Source: Octopus bimaculoides (Eukaryota). Taken from it: a stretch of 38,356 bases of DNA. The notes under the pieces are model-generated. The model ran no database searches, was not told where the DNA came from, and saw only the letters and a list, made by a program, of their open reading frames with translations. Made by a program: the position numbers and the translations under genes. The DNA lies in contig NC_068981.1 in NCBI RefSeq assembly GCF_001194135.2, positions 183,350,151 to 183,388,506 of the forward strand, given 5' to 3'. Shown piece by piece: positions 11,252 to 23,582 of the stretch (positions are counted from its first letter, which is position 1; the number at the start of each line of letters is the position of its first letter).

Positions 11252-11946
11252 CTCTGTGTGTGTGTGTATGTGTGTGTTTGTGCGTGTGTGCGTGCGCGCG
11301 TTCTATTTGACGTTAATAGTCCGAAGAATTATTATCTTGATTGCTAGTTTCAGTCTTTGATCACCTGCGATGTTAGAAGGTTAAATGAGAGAGAGAGTGA
11401 TATATCACCTAAGTTAAAGACCATTTCAGAGGGCTTTTCACACTCCAGATCATTATTTAACGTAGAGGCTGACAAGTTGTGATTAATAACTAAAATCTTA
11501 TTGAATATTACTTCTTTGTTATATCTATCAATCCATTTAATTAGTCCAATTAATATTATAATGATAATAGTATGAAGCTAGAAATTTTGATGGATGAGAC
11601 AAGCTAGTTTTCATTGAATTGAAGAGTCATGCCCTATGTAAACTTAACAGGTAAATATGATAATTTAGTTCAAACAAAAATGCTGGGTGATACACATTAA
11701 ATATAATTGATCCATGAAGTAACCTATTTAATCAACTACGCAATTATTCAATGAGATATTCAGCCTCATTTCAAACGTATTCAGTTGTACAGAAATTACG
11801 TTAAGAAAACTAGACTGCTTCAGTCCCAAATACTCTTCAGCTATTAGCTCAGCAGGCGTGAGTTTTCCTCTCTTGTCTCGTTCTCGCTACTAAAACTGGT
11901 TCTGTCCCTTTGAAAGTATTTATATGCTATTAAAGGTGCTAAATAA

Positions 11947-12180
11947 GGCGGCGAGCTGGCAGAAACGTTAGCACGCCGGGCGAAATGCTTAGCGGTATTT
12001 CGTCTACCGTTACGTTCTGAGTTCAACTTCCGCCGAGGTCGACTTTGCCTTTCATCCTTTCGGGGTCGATAAATTAAGTACCAGTTACGCACCGGGGTCG
12101 ATGTAATCGACCTAATTCCTTTGTCTGTCCTTGTTTGTCCCCTCTGTGTTTAGCCCCTTGTGGGTAATAAAGAAATAAAA
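11947..12180 (+). mobile_element. SINE family A, full length, young
   Basis: A-box-like GAGCTGGCAGAAACGTTAGC, B-box-like GAGTTCAACTTCC, central GACTTTGCCTTTCATCCTTTCGGGGTCGATAAATTAAGTACCAG, A-rich end AATAAAGAAATAAAA. Confidence 0.95.
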
Positions 12181-12343
12181 ATTGTTAGCATGACACAAAC
12201 TGCTTAGTGACATTTCTTCCGACTCTAGGTTCTGTTAAGTTAACTTTCATCCCTCTGAGGTCGATAAAATAAGATACCAGTCAAGTACTGGAGTTGATGT
12301 AATCGGCTTATCTCTATCCCCGCAAAATTGCTGGCCTTGAATC
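12181..12343 (+). mobile_element. SINE family A, old degenerate copy in tandem
   Basis: TTAGCATG..CTGCTTAGTGACATTTC..CTTTCATCCCTCTGAGGTCGATAAAATAAGATACCAG..GATGTAATCGGCT. Confidence 0.75.
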
Positions 12344-12829
12344 CTGCAATAGACCAGCGTCCATCCAGAGAAAATGTGGTGATCTTAGTCTCTTCTACGC
12401 CACAGGGACAGAATAATCGACCTTATGAGTCCTAGGGATCAAGAAAAATAATTTTAAAAAAAGGTACAAATAATTAAGTGAGGAAATTTTAACAATAAAA
12501 GATTAAAAGCGTTCTTTCTCCACTCAGACTTTTCTTTTTCAACTCTTAGGTCCTGCGCTAACCACCTCGCTTTGTCTGTCTTCTCATGATTTAGATTCTT
12601 ACTTTCTAGGATTCTTACTTTCATGCAAACCCAGACTGATAACAGTCCAAGATGAACACAGCCCGCTTCTTTCTCACCAGTCTGGAAGTGCCTGAATATA
12701 TCGTGAACACTTCCCCTCCTTATTTGAGTAATTTACTTTAAAAATTCTTAGCAACCATATTACTTGTAAAATGTTTAAAGTATTTAAACAGATATTCAAA
12801 ATCTCATCGTTTATATTTTAGTCCTATTC

Positions 12830-13075
12830 ACAGTATCACTCTCTCAACCAGACTATCAGACGCTGTTATATATCGCTGGTCACAATGCGCTTCCAATTCT
12901 TTCGTGATTGAAACATTCGATTCCATCTTGATCCGAATTGCTTGACTAAATCGTCTTCCCATCGCCGTGGAGGCTTTCAAAGTAGCCTTTCCCCATCTCT
13001 TGGATACCATCCGGCAACTGCACGGGTCTACCTGTTGTCGGTGAACCTTGCGACATGTCCGGCCTCTTAGAACTT
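12830..13075 (-). mobile_element. RTE-clade LINE 3' coding end (dead)
   Basis: AGHVARFTDNR*TRAVAGWYPRDGERLL*KPPRRWEDDLVKQFGSRW matches the RTE C-terminal WAGHVAR..DNRWT....W.PR...R..GRP..RW.DD. Confidence 0.88.
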
Positions 13076-13090
13076 GTGCCTTTGGTATTC

Positions 13091-13322
13091 TTATTTCTTT
13101 ATTGCCCACAAGGGGCTAAACATAGAGGGGACAAACAAGGACAGACAAAGGGATTAAGTCGATTACAGGGACCCAAGTGCGTAACTGGTACTTAATTTAT
13201 TGACCCTGAAAGGATGAAAGGCAAAGTCGACCTCCGCGGAATTTGAACTCAGAACGTAACGGCAGACGAAATATCGCTAAGCATTTCGCCCGGCGTGCTA
13301 ACGATTCTGCCAGCTCACCGCC
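13091..13322 (-). mobile_element. SINE family A, full length, young
   Basis: Reverse complement of 11947-12180 with about 16 mismatches counted by eye. Confidence 0.95.
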
Positions 13323-14278
13323 TTTTATTCTGCGATCCACATCTGCGATCCACATCGTCTGCTCCGCTCCGTTCTCTAATTATCTCATTTCGAACATGTT
13401 CTCGTCATAATAATTCTAGCATGAATCTTTCTATAGCTCTTTGATGTTCTATCCTCTTCATAGCAGACTAGACTTTAGGTCCAGTTAATATTTTAATTTT
13501 AAAAAATAATAAAATATCATCACGCTTACTTTAATTTTTATACTAACCAGGCGTCTTTTATTCTTACAATCTTCTTTCCCCCTCTTTCCGTCTCTCTCCT
13601 TTACCTCTCACTTCTAATTTAACCCATTTCAAATCACTGCGCTTCTCTCCGCCATGTTTCACTCTAGTTGCTCTTTCTATGCTTGTTTGATTTTAGGTCG
13701 GTTTTGATTCAGCAGAAATATGACAAGAAGCTTTCGATCCATGCCCATCACAATACCTATAGACACCATCTTTGTTTGATTGGAAATTTGGCTGATATTT
13801 GTAGCAGGTCGAGTTGCTACGTACAGGCTTCCTTGTCTGCTCGGTTCTTTGGTTTCCCCTGGTCTAGCTACTGATGTCTACGTGGGGTCACTAAGTCCGG
13901 GCGTTGTTTATGAAAATTAGATATAACCGTAATATGGGTGACAAACCCACATTCAGGGCGATATAGAAACGTGTTGGGTGTGATTGTAGGGATTCATTAA
14001 ATTCAAATTTGATTATGCCCTCAGCTGCTTCAAAACAGGAAACTCCCTGAAATCAAATTTCCTCATTTTCACAGTTTCTTTTTTTTTTTTTTTTACGCTT
14101 TGTTTCTTTTGCAAGAAATGTACAATATATTTCATTGAAAAAAAAAAGGATAATTTATACTTACTCCTAAATATTATCACTCATACGTATGTGTGTATGT
14201 GTGTATGTGTGTGTATACATATACATATATATATATATATAAATGTATATATATATTTATATATACATACACACACAC

Positions 14279-14317
<39 letters not shown>

Positions 14318-14352
14318 AACATATATATACATACATACATATATATACATAC

Positions 14353-14407
<55 letters not shown>

Positions 14408-14748
14408 TATAAATGTATGTATATATATGCAATTCTACTGAATCGAATAGTAGTTTGTAAGATAAAAACAGAAAAACAACTAAGTAAAACTTCAGTCGGT
14501 GGTAGAGAAATGTCAATGGTTAATAATAAGGCCACACAAAAAAACGAACTCTAAGTCAAAGGTTCCATTCAAAATAAAAATAATCATTATAAAAATAACA
14601 TAAACAGAAAAGTAAAACTTAGTAATATATAACACAATATCATGAAGTAACGGAAATTAACATGTGAATGATGCGAATAATGCGAAAAAAAACTTTTCAA
14701 ACAACACTTTTTTTTTTGTTTTTTGGTACAAGAAGTGCAAATCAAATT

Positions 14749-14797
<49 letters not shown>

Positions 14798-14883
14798 GGC
14801 TCAGGAGTGGATGTGTGGTAAGTAGCATGCTTACCAACCACATGGTTCCGGGTTCAGTCCCACAGTGTGGCACCTTGGGCAAG
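14798..14883 (+). mobile_element. SINE family B 5' head (runs into gap)
   Basis: GGCTCAGGAGTGGATGTGTGGTAAGTAGC..GGTTCCGGGTTCAGTCCCACAGTGTGGCACCTTGGGCAAG, with A/B-box-like motifs. Confidence 0.9.
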
Positions 14884-15292
14884 NNNNNNNNNNATTTTAA
14901 TTAATTTGCTTGCGGGAAGGACTGCTCCAACGAAGTCACGTATTGTCCTTTCTTTCGAAACGCGGAGTAAATGGAGCAGGGACAACTGAAGAAGGGTAAT
15001 ATTCTTTATGTTGCATGTCTCGTTTCTCTCTTTGTTTCTTTCGTTGTTCGAAAAAAATAGTTCGTTTTCTGTCTTCGTCTTTATGTTTTCGTTTCTCATT
15101 GTGCTTAACGTTTTTTGTGATGTCCCGTACCCATATATGCTTGTATGTATACATATAGACATCAGTATATATATAGATGTCGGTATGTACATATATGTAT
15201 GGATATATGCATATAATTATATATTATATATATTATATATGTTATATATAATAGAAAAGTTGTTGTTTTTCTGTGATTTTAACTCTATATGT

Positions 15293-15407
15293 CTCTAAGA
15301 GATTCTATCTCTAAGAGGTTCTGTCTCTAAGAGATTCTATCTCTAAGAGGTTCTGTCTCTAAGAGATTCTGTCTCTAAGAGATTCTGTCTCTAAGAGATT
15401 CTGTCTC
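15293..15407. repeat. 16-bp minisatellite x7
   Basis: Unit CTCTAAGAG(A/G)TTCT(A/G)T, seven full copies. Confidence 0.95.
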
Positions 15408-15489
15408 AAGACGAAGACCGCAGTTTAGAATGCTTTCAACATAGACATACGGATCGCCAGTATCGTTTTATCTAAGAGTCATAGTTGAC

Positions 15490-15910
15490 ATTGGCATCAA
15501 ATGTTGGCAATTTCGGGTGAGGGAATAAGTTGATTACATCGACCCCCACCCCACCCGGGCTCAACTGGTGCTTATCTTATCGACCTTAACCCATTAGTGC
15601 CCATGGTCTTTTTTTTAGGACCAGAAGTATAATCCATCATATTTCAGCAACACCTGTATTTTTCTGAGATATCTTAAGTTAGTCATCAAGATTGGAGTGT
15701 CTTTCAAATATCGTAATTAATATTTTTATATATATTTAGTATCAGATAAAGTTGTGTTAAAAAAGATTTTTGGTAATAAGTTAAATAAAAGAAATTTTGG
15801 CACTAATGGGTTAAAAGGACGAAAGGCAAAGCTTACCTCGCCGGAATTTGAACTCAGAACGTAATGGCAGACGAAATATTGCTAAGCATTTTTGGCCCTG
15901 CATGCTAACG
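15490..15910 (-). mobile_element. SINE family A interrupted by a MITE
   Basis: GATTACATCGACCCC..TTATCGACC | insertion | AAGGACGAAAGGCAAAG..GGAATTTGAACTCAGAACGTAA..GCTAACGA is a collinear SINE A once 15590-15814 is removed. Confidence 0.88.
15590..15810. mobile_element. piggyBac-type MITE, 221 bp
   Basis: TTAA (15586-89) CCCATTAGTGCC ... GGCACTAATGGG TTAA (15811-14): perfect 12-bp TIRs starting CCC, with a TTAA duplication. Confidence 0.9.
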
Positions 15911-16554
15911 ATCACCGTGTGATAAACCCTTTCTTAATAACTATATGTAAAAAAAATTAATAATTCAAGATGGAGTCAAAAATATTTTGTTTCATAAATT
16001 AGTTGAAAGAGAGAAGGGGAACAATGTTTGCTTGTGACTCAGAGTTCACGACAAGGAGTTAAAAAGTTTTTAAAAATCAAGATTAAATAAGAAAAAAAAA
16101 CATAAACTGGTGAATAGGTTCGTTAAAAAATAAGATTGAAGAGAATATCATGTAAATACGAGGGTGGCGAGGGTGTATTCGTATGCCTTTAAAGGTACTA
16201 AATAATTAAGTGTGGAAATTCAAACCCATTATTTTAAGAATATAAGATTAAAAGCATTAGCAGTAATAAAAAAAATGAAATGATATAATTACAATTGTAA
16301 TTGAATATAAACGGGTGAAAGTAAAGATTAATCAGGATTGTTATTATGTCAAAAAAAAAAAAAATGGAGGAAGATTGTGGATGTTAAAGAAAGAGGTTAT
16401 ACGTAATAATGGAGGAACTAAAAGATAATGCGGGGAAACATTTTATTTTTAAAAAATGACCTATTTTATTAAAAGTGAAATTGAAACTTTTAGTAAAACA
16501 TAAAAGTAGAAAGAAAGAAAAAAAAGGAAATTAGATTGGATTAGATTAAATCTT

Positions 16555-17006
<452 letters not shown>

Positions 17007-17059
17007 ATACTGGATCGTATCGTCTGTACTTTCTCAGCATATTCTAATTACAAGTTGAC

Positions 17060-17330
17060 TTTTCGATGTTCTCTGCCAGAACCTCCTGGAAAATAACCAT
17101 AGCGAGGAACATCCCACAGTTGAATTAGAACAGTCACAAACAGTGAAAGAAGACATGCACCCAACACCAGAGCTGAAGACACCTCCGAAAGGGGGTGGCC
17201 CCGCCACGTCAAAACGGTAGAGGAGTAGGGGCCGAAACCGGACGTGGTTCCTCCTGATGATGTCTTGAGCTAACTGGATCCTATAAAGGAGCTGTTGTGG
17301 TAGCAGACCACGAAACATGGTTGGAATTCC
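17060..17330 (+). mobile_element. Probable PLE 3' end/pLTR with two hammerhead-like motifs
   Basis: GC-rich segment with CTGAAGA (17173)..GGCCCC/GGGGCC-GAAAC and CTGATGA-T-GTCT (17254)..AGAC-CAC-GAAACATG. Resembles recalled PLE pLTR ends of the type CTGATGATGTC..GACGAAAC. Confidence 0.5.
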
Positions 17331-17989
17331 TCAAACTAACTTAATTGTTATTTAAGATATATTACGATTCTCATTGTCCCTTCACATTTGTGGGTGGATA
17401 CAAGTAGAATACTGGTGTTTAGTTACTTTTCTTTTCGTGCTGCATTCTAATCTCGCCGAGATTGACGTGGTCGTTCATACCTACGGGATCGATAATTAAG
17501 TAGAAGTTGTTGCTGTCATTGACGTTATTATTGTTGATAGGGAGAGTTGTGATGGCTTTTAGCCCAGGTTAATTATGATAGAACAGACTTCAGATTAAAC
17601 GTTTTCCATTTGTAACCTCACCGTTTTACTTTTAGTGTACTTAGCATTATACTTCTCCAACTATACACCATTCTATTATAGTTAGTTACTCGCCGGTTAA
17701 ATCCAACTACACCTGATTCTATTAGAATTAGATACACCTATTAAAGATGCCAACAGGTCTGATACTTATGACTGCAGCTTCCAGCTTGGAGAAATTGTCA
17801 GGCTAACTCAATTTTCTTGATGTCTCGACCCTAAACGACGACGTCTCTCAAGTTGACAGGTCAACAGAGATGACTACCTACTGCCATCAGCCTCCAACTT
17901 AACTCCTTTTGTTTATTCCAGAGTCAGCAAAATAGATCTGCTGTCTTCCCTAACGTGTGAGCAGCTGCTCCCTCTTCCTGCCACATTCA

Positions 17990-18550
17990 CCACTGTCAGA
18001 ATCTTTTAGAGTGTGCCTGAAAACCCCTTGAGCCAATGCCAAATGGAAATAGCTAAATCTGCCAATGTTATCCCCTATAATGTTAGGCCAGATTCTCACA
18101 TTTAGTGGCTTTCCTCCCACAAGCTTCCTCATCCATTATCTTTCCACAGAACCGTTAGTTCAATCAGAGTTATTTTCTTCACTTCCTTAAATCATATGAC
18201 TTTATCAGGCCCCAGGAGATATTGAAGTTTCCTTCTCAGCTCCAACCTTGTTACCTATATTTGTACTGCTTGTCGGAGACTCTCCTGAGTTTTTTGGGGA
18301 GGAAAATTACTTGCCCTTGTCTCTGATAAACTGAAGGGTGAAGGTTGAATTCACATTTTTTTTCATCTCTCTATTGCTCCAAGATATCAACCAGTGCTCT
18401 GAAAACCTTGTCATGGCGCCATCTCTATTTCTCCAAACTAACTGCAGACTTGCACCTACCAGCATGTGCGCCAACCTGCCTCTCACCTACTACAATCTGC
18501 ACTGTGGGACCTCTCTTATTCCCCTCCGGTGCAAGGTGCAAGTTTGTTGG
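17990..18550 (-). mobile_element. Non-LTR retrotransposon with restriction-like endonuclease (HERO/NeSL, R2 group), C-terminal fragment
   Basis: Across frameshifts: VPQCRL**VRGRLAHMLVG (CCHC knuckle remnant), RWRHDKVFRALVDILEQ, PD..KKITLIELTVLWKD, RKATKCENL, FGIGSRGF. Matches RY.WRHD.VL / PD..IELTVPWE / K..KY..L / EVG.RGF. Confidence 0.85.
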
Positions 18551-18582
18551 TGTTAGAAGAAAATATATGTGTTTATATACTG

Positions 18583-18651
<69 letters not shown>

Positions 18652-18918
18652 NNNNNNNNNNNNNNNNNNNNNNNNNNNNNNNNNNNNNNNNNNNNNNNNN
18701 NNNNNNNNNNNNNNNNNNNNNNNNNNNNNNNNNNNNAAAAACAGGCGCTAACTGATCATCATGTCCAAAACTCAATGTTGATACCAAAACGCTACTATTA
18801 TAATAGTGCGTTCGTGTTAGTATGCACGTTATATTTATGTGTGTGTATGTGTGTGTGCTGTGTGTGTGCGAGCAGTCTAACAGTCTTTTTGTATATTATA
18901 TATATCTGTGAATGTCTA

Positions 18919-18958
<40 letters not shown>

Positions 18959-19724
18959 CATGTATACATTTCATTCATACATAGGTACGTTCACGCGTAC
19001 ATACATACATACATACATACATACATTCATATGTGCATGCATACATACATGTATGCATATACATACATGCTAGACATAAGAGTGTTTTGTAAGTATGCGC
19101 GTCGGTACTTCAGGAAATGTGTGTCGAATTATTATTTTTTAGCTGAGTTTTACAATAAATGCACACACTCACACACGTACACAAATACTCGTGCTTTCTC
19201 TCACACACACAAAAACACACATAAAACACACATGCGTACACACACAAATACTCACACACACGCACGCACAAATACTCACTGATATGAATACGTACATATA
19301 TACAAAATTTACACTTCTACAGAAATACAAATGCAACGCCTATCTTCTGGTTTGTTTACTATTATATTTCATAAAAAATTGATTCGTTTATTTGCATTCA
19401 TTACTTTTTTCATAACACTAACTGAAAATAACTCTCATATATCCGTTTTTCTAAAACCAAATTTTAGCAAGATAATAACAATTATAAATATCATTTTATT
19501 TGAGATATTTTTTTTAAACACTATAATTGCATATCTTATAGCGTGTTTTTTGTTTTAATTTTGCTATTCCCAGCATTTAATAATACTATCATGTTCAGAC
19601 ATTTTGATTATGAAATAAAGTAAACATCTCATTGCCTTTCACAATGTGTATATGTGTATATATGTATTTACATTTGTTGAATGAATGTTTATATATATAT
19701 GTGTGTGTGTGTGACCGCGTGTGT

Positions 19725-19915
19725 ATCGTTGGCGATTTTCTTTCTCCGTCTTCCCTTCTTTGGACTTTTTCTATATATCTGATGAAGAGCTCTGCTCGAA
19801 ACGTGAAATCCTCTTTCTTTTCTTTCCTTTCCTGAGCATCCAATAACACTGCACTTATTCCTCGTCCTCGCGTTGTTGTTTTTTCGTGTTTTTTCTTGCT
19901 TGTTCATGTTTGGAT
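19725..19915 (+). mobile_element. Short PLE pLTR/retrozyme-like element with hammerhead motif (19779-19810)
   Basis: CTGATGA-A-GAGC-TCT-GCTC-GAA-ACGT-G. Shares TTCTCCGT, TTCC(T/C)GAGC and GTCCTCG..GTTGTTGTTTTTTCGT with the reverse complement of 6327-6465. Confidence 0.7.
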
Positions 19916-20614
19916 TGAATATATATGTGCATGTGTGTGTGTGTGTGTGGTGTATGCGTGTGTGTGTGTGTGCGTGCGTATGTGTGATATATANNNNNNN
20001 NNNNNNNNNNNNNNNNNNNNNNNNNNNNNNNNNNNNNNNNNNNNNNNNNNNNNNNNNNNNNNNNNNNNNNNNNNNNNNNNNNNNNNNNNNNNNNNNNNNN
20101 NNNNNNNNNNNNNNNNNNNNNNNNNNNNNNNNNNNNNNNNNNNNNNNNNNNNNNNNNNNNNNNNNNNNNNNNNNNNNNNNNNNNNNNNNNNNNNNNNNNN
20201 NNNNNNNNNNNNNNNNNNNNNNNNNNNNNNNNNNNNNNNNNNNNNNNNNNNNNNNNNNNNNNNNNNNNNNNNNNNNNNNNNNNNNNNNNNNNNNNNNNNN
20301 NNNNNNNNNNNNNNNNNNNNNNNNNNNNNNNNNNNNNNNNNNNNNNNNNNNNNNNNNNNNNNNNNNNNNNNNNNNNNNNNNNNNNNNNNNNNNNNNNNNN
20401 NNNNNNNNNNNNNNNNNNNNNNNNNNNNNNNNNNNNNNNNNNNNNNNNNNNNNNNNNNNNNNNNNNNNNNNNNNNNNNNNNNNNNNNNNNNNNNNNNNNN
20501 NNNNNNNNNNNNNNNNNNNNNNNNNNNNNNNNNNNNNNNNNNNNNNNNNNNNNNNNNNNNNNNNNNNNNNNNNNNNNNNNNNNNNNNNNNNNNNNNNNNN
20601 NNNNNNNNNNNNNN

Positions 20615-20669
<55 letters not shown>

Positions 20670-21083
20670 GCATGTATGTATATATATTATGTGTATATAA
20701 TGTATATATATCTGTGTATGTATGTATATATATATACATATAAATATATATACATATATATATATACTTACACACACACTTATATATACAAATATAAATT
20801 AATTATTAGTGACGGAAGCAAACTTGTTAAAATACCGATTACTTCGATATTAGCTTTGAGGGTTCCCTTCTTACAGGAGCGTTGTTCATAAAATCCCACA
20901 CGTAAGTTGTAGCAGACGAGAAGCGCCTGTCATTGGCACTGGAACTCCCATAACCGTGATTTCATGCTACTGGGTCTCATCAGTTGGAGGCATCCGATCA
21001 CCGCATGCCATTGAACTCCCGCTGCTACGACATATAGAATAACAGCATCTTTTCAGACACTGATGCAGAGTGCGTGCCTCTTA

Positions 21084-21127
<44 letters not shown>

Positions 21128-22504
21128 NNNNNNNNNNCTTGAAATCCCGAAAAAGAATGAATAGTTGTCGAATAGGAAGTTGCGGAGGAAAATAAGTCTT
21201 CAATGTAGAAGTGATCATCATTAGCTAATGAGAAAGAGAGAAAAAGTGGTCTGGGAACAGAAAGAAGAAAGAATGAAAGAGAAGAAAATTCATTGATAAA
21301 ACACACAAGGATCGAGGTATAGGAAGAAGGTTAGCTTCAAGCAATCCGTAGTAAATATTAAAAAAAAAGATTTTCAGAGATTATGGTGGTTTATTGAGAT
21401 GGAAGGTTGTGGATTTTTCTTTCTTATAGAAGTACGATAAATTGAAAAAAGTTCTTTATATTTCACGGTAGGCAACCAGGGTTGCCGGTTATGCGAATAC
21501 GATACAAGAGTTAAAGAATGTGTTAACATGTAAACTTGCATTCAATCAAGATATCCTTGGCCTGAAGAGTAAACTGCGGTGTTCACCTCGCTTGGATATT
21601 TACCACTTCTGAGGTTCCGCCCACTTTGAAACATATGTAGCCCGGATCTTAACTAATCCATTCCTTAATTCTTATATATATATANNNNNNNNNNNNNNNN
21701 NNNNNNNNNNNNNNNNNNNNNNNNNNNNNNNNNNNNNNNNNNNNNNNNNNNNNNNNNNNNNNNNNNNNNNNNNNNNNNNNNNNNNNNNNNNNNNNNNNNN
21801 NNNNNNNNNNNNNNNNNNNNNNNNNNNNNNNNNNNNNNNNNNNNNNNNNNNNNNNNNNNNNNNNNNNNNNNNNNNNNNNNNNNNNNNNNNNNNNNNNNNN
21901 NNNNNNNNNNNNNNNNNNNNNNNNNNNNNNNNNNNNNNNNNNNNNNNNNNNNNNNNNNNNNNNNNNNNNNNNNNNNNNNNNNNNNNNNNNNNNNNNNNNN
22001 NNNNNNNNNNNNNNNNNNNNNNNNNNNNNNNNNNNNNNNNNNNNNNNNNNNNNNNNNNNNNNNNNNNNNNNNNNNNNNNNNNNNNNNNNNNNNNNNNNNN
22101 NNNNNNNNNNNNNNNNNNNNNNNNNNNNNNNNNNNNNNNNNNNNNNNNNNNNNNNNNNNNNNNNNNNNNNNNNNNNNNNNNNNNNNNNNNNNNNNNNNNN
22201 NNNNNNNNNNNNNNNNNNNNNNNNNNNNNNNNNNNNNNNNNNNNNNNNNNNNNNNNNNNNNNNNNNNNNNNNNNNNNNNNNNNNNNNNNNNNNNNNNNNN
22301 NNNNNNNNNNNNNNNNNNNNNNNNNNNNNNNNNNNNNNNNNNNNNNNNNNNNNNNNNNNNNNNNNNNNNNNNNNNNNNNNNNNNNNNNNNNNNNNNNNNN
22401 GGTATTTTTATATAAGCTTAAAGCTTATGGCGAACACCGTGTAATGACTAAGGAAATAGTCTAATAAAGGAGCATATAAGCCCTTGACAGAAAAAAGAAG
22501 GCTG

Positions 22505-22692
22505 CACGCACGTGTTTTTCGTCCCACCGTTTGATAACTGGTCTTGGTTTGTTTACGTCCCAGTAACTTAGCGGTTCGGCAGAAGACACTTATAGAATAA
22601 GCGCCAGACTTTGAAATAAGTACTGAGGTCGATTCATTCGACTAAACCCTTTAAGGTGGTGTCCCAGCATGGCCACAGTCAAATGACTGAAA
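22505..22692 (+). mobile_element. SINE family B 3' domain, diverged
   Basis: GTTTACGTCCCAGTAACTTAGCGGTTCGGCA..GTCGATTCATTCGACTAAA..CCCAGCATGGCCACAGTCAAATGACTGAAA. Confidence 0.88.
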
Positions 22693-23582
22693 TATCAGGT
22701 AGCATCGAAGGTAAAGTCTTGTATGACTCAAGCAACGTACTCTTAATTTTGATTGCATTTGGTCTTATTTGTACTATTTACTCGTTATTCAGTTCCATGC
22801 GTGAAATCACTCCAAACTTCTTTAAAATATCCTCATGTAAAGAAACATAGATAATAAGAACCTTAAAAAGTGCAAGTCTAGCAATACCATTTTAGAGTTA
22901 CTTCATAATAACTTGTCTGCTATGTCTATAGCTGCTAGATTAATTCAACTTTATTTGACCATCATTGCAACTTCAGTTGCAAACGAATGAAACTTCTCAA
23001 CTTTGGGCGGAATTCGTTCATTCTTAAGATACACAACAGTCCAAAAACCGTTTCCATCAAGAAACAAGTAGTCGTCGCTTTAGAACGAAAAGATTTACAC
23101 ATAATATCAAAGGAATTTACTATAAAACCAAACCACTTAGAATTTTCTGTTTAAATGAAGTGTTTATTTCTCATAAAATTTACACCTTTTGACATTTTAA
23201 TGTATTAGTGCAGTAGCCGTTCCATGTAAATGCATTGCTGATTTTACTAAAGAAAACCCTTTCAAATGATTTTACTATTGAACTGCACTGGAAATGAAGG
23301 GTGGAAGAAATTTTGTGTTTTTTCTATTAGTTCCCACCACACTAAATAATTATAGCTATTACGGTTTGCTGTATGTTTGTTTGTTAAATAAATGTAAATA
23401 AACATACAGTGCATGTCCAAGAAGAAAAATATTCAAACTATCTAAATCAACCGTTGAACATCATTTGCACAGACGGTCTTTTGTTTAAGTTAAATGTAAA
23501 ACAGCGGGTTAAAAAATAGGTCAGATGATTTGTTAATCCCTTAGCCGCGGGGTGGCTGCTTCATTTCGAAAAGTATTTTTTT

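Noticed and set aside
11947-12040. tRNA gene
   Set aside because: The A/B-box-like head continues into a SINE body and recurs in many diverged copies; no convincing cloverleaf.
13720-13810. HAHHNTYRHHLCLIGN, faintly like a PLE C-terminal C.LCL motif
   Set aside because: A single weak motif with no flanking support.
14978-15130. CTGAAGA with a downstream GAAA and a GGGACA/TGTCCC inverted pair
   Set aside because: I could not build valid stems II and III or an NUH site. It may be pLTR-derived but is unsupported.
15293-15407. CRISPR-like appearance of regular repeats
   Set aside because: The units are contiguous with no spacers, there are no cas genes, and the context is eukaryotic.
16156-16183. 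TACGAGGGTG..TTCGTA, resembling a collapsed mariner
   Set aside because: Only 5 bp of inverted match; cannot be distinguished from chance.
12459-16256. About 55-bp similarity AAAGGTAC.AAATAATTAAGTG.GGAAATT..AAGATTAAAAGC at 12459 and 16191
   Set aside because: Probably fragments of an unrecognised old repeat; AT-rich, short, and with no boundaries definable.
21471-21486. GGCAACC-AG-GGTTGCC, resembling hAT terminal motifs
   Set aside because: No element body or TSD; too short.
22940-23080. Minus-strand open stretch DDYLFLDGNGFWTVVYLKNERIPPKVEKF with a possible acceptor
   Set aside because: No good donor before the stop and no recognisable homology.
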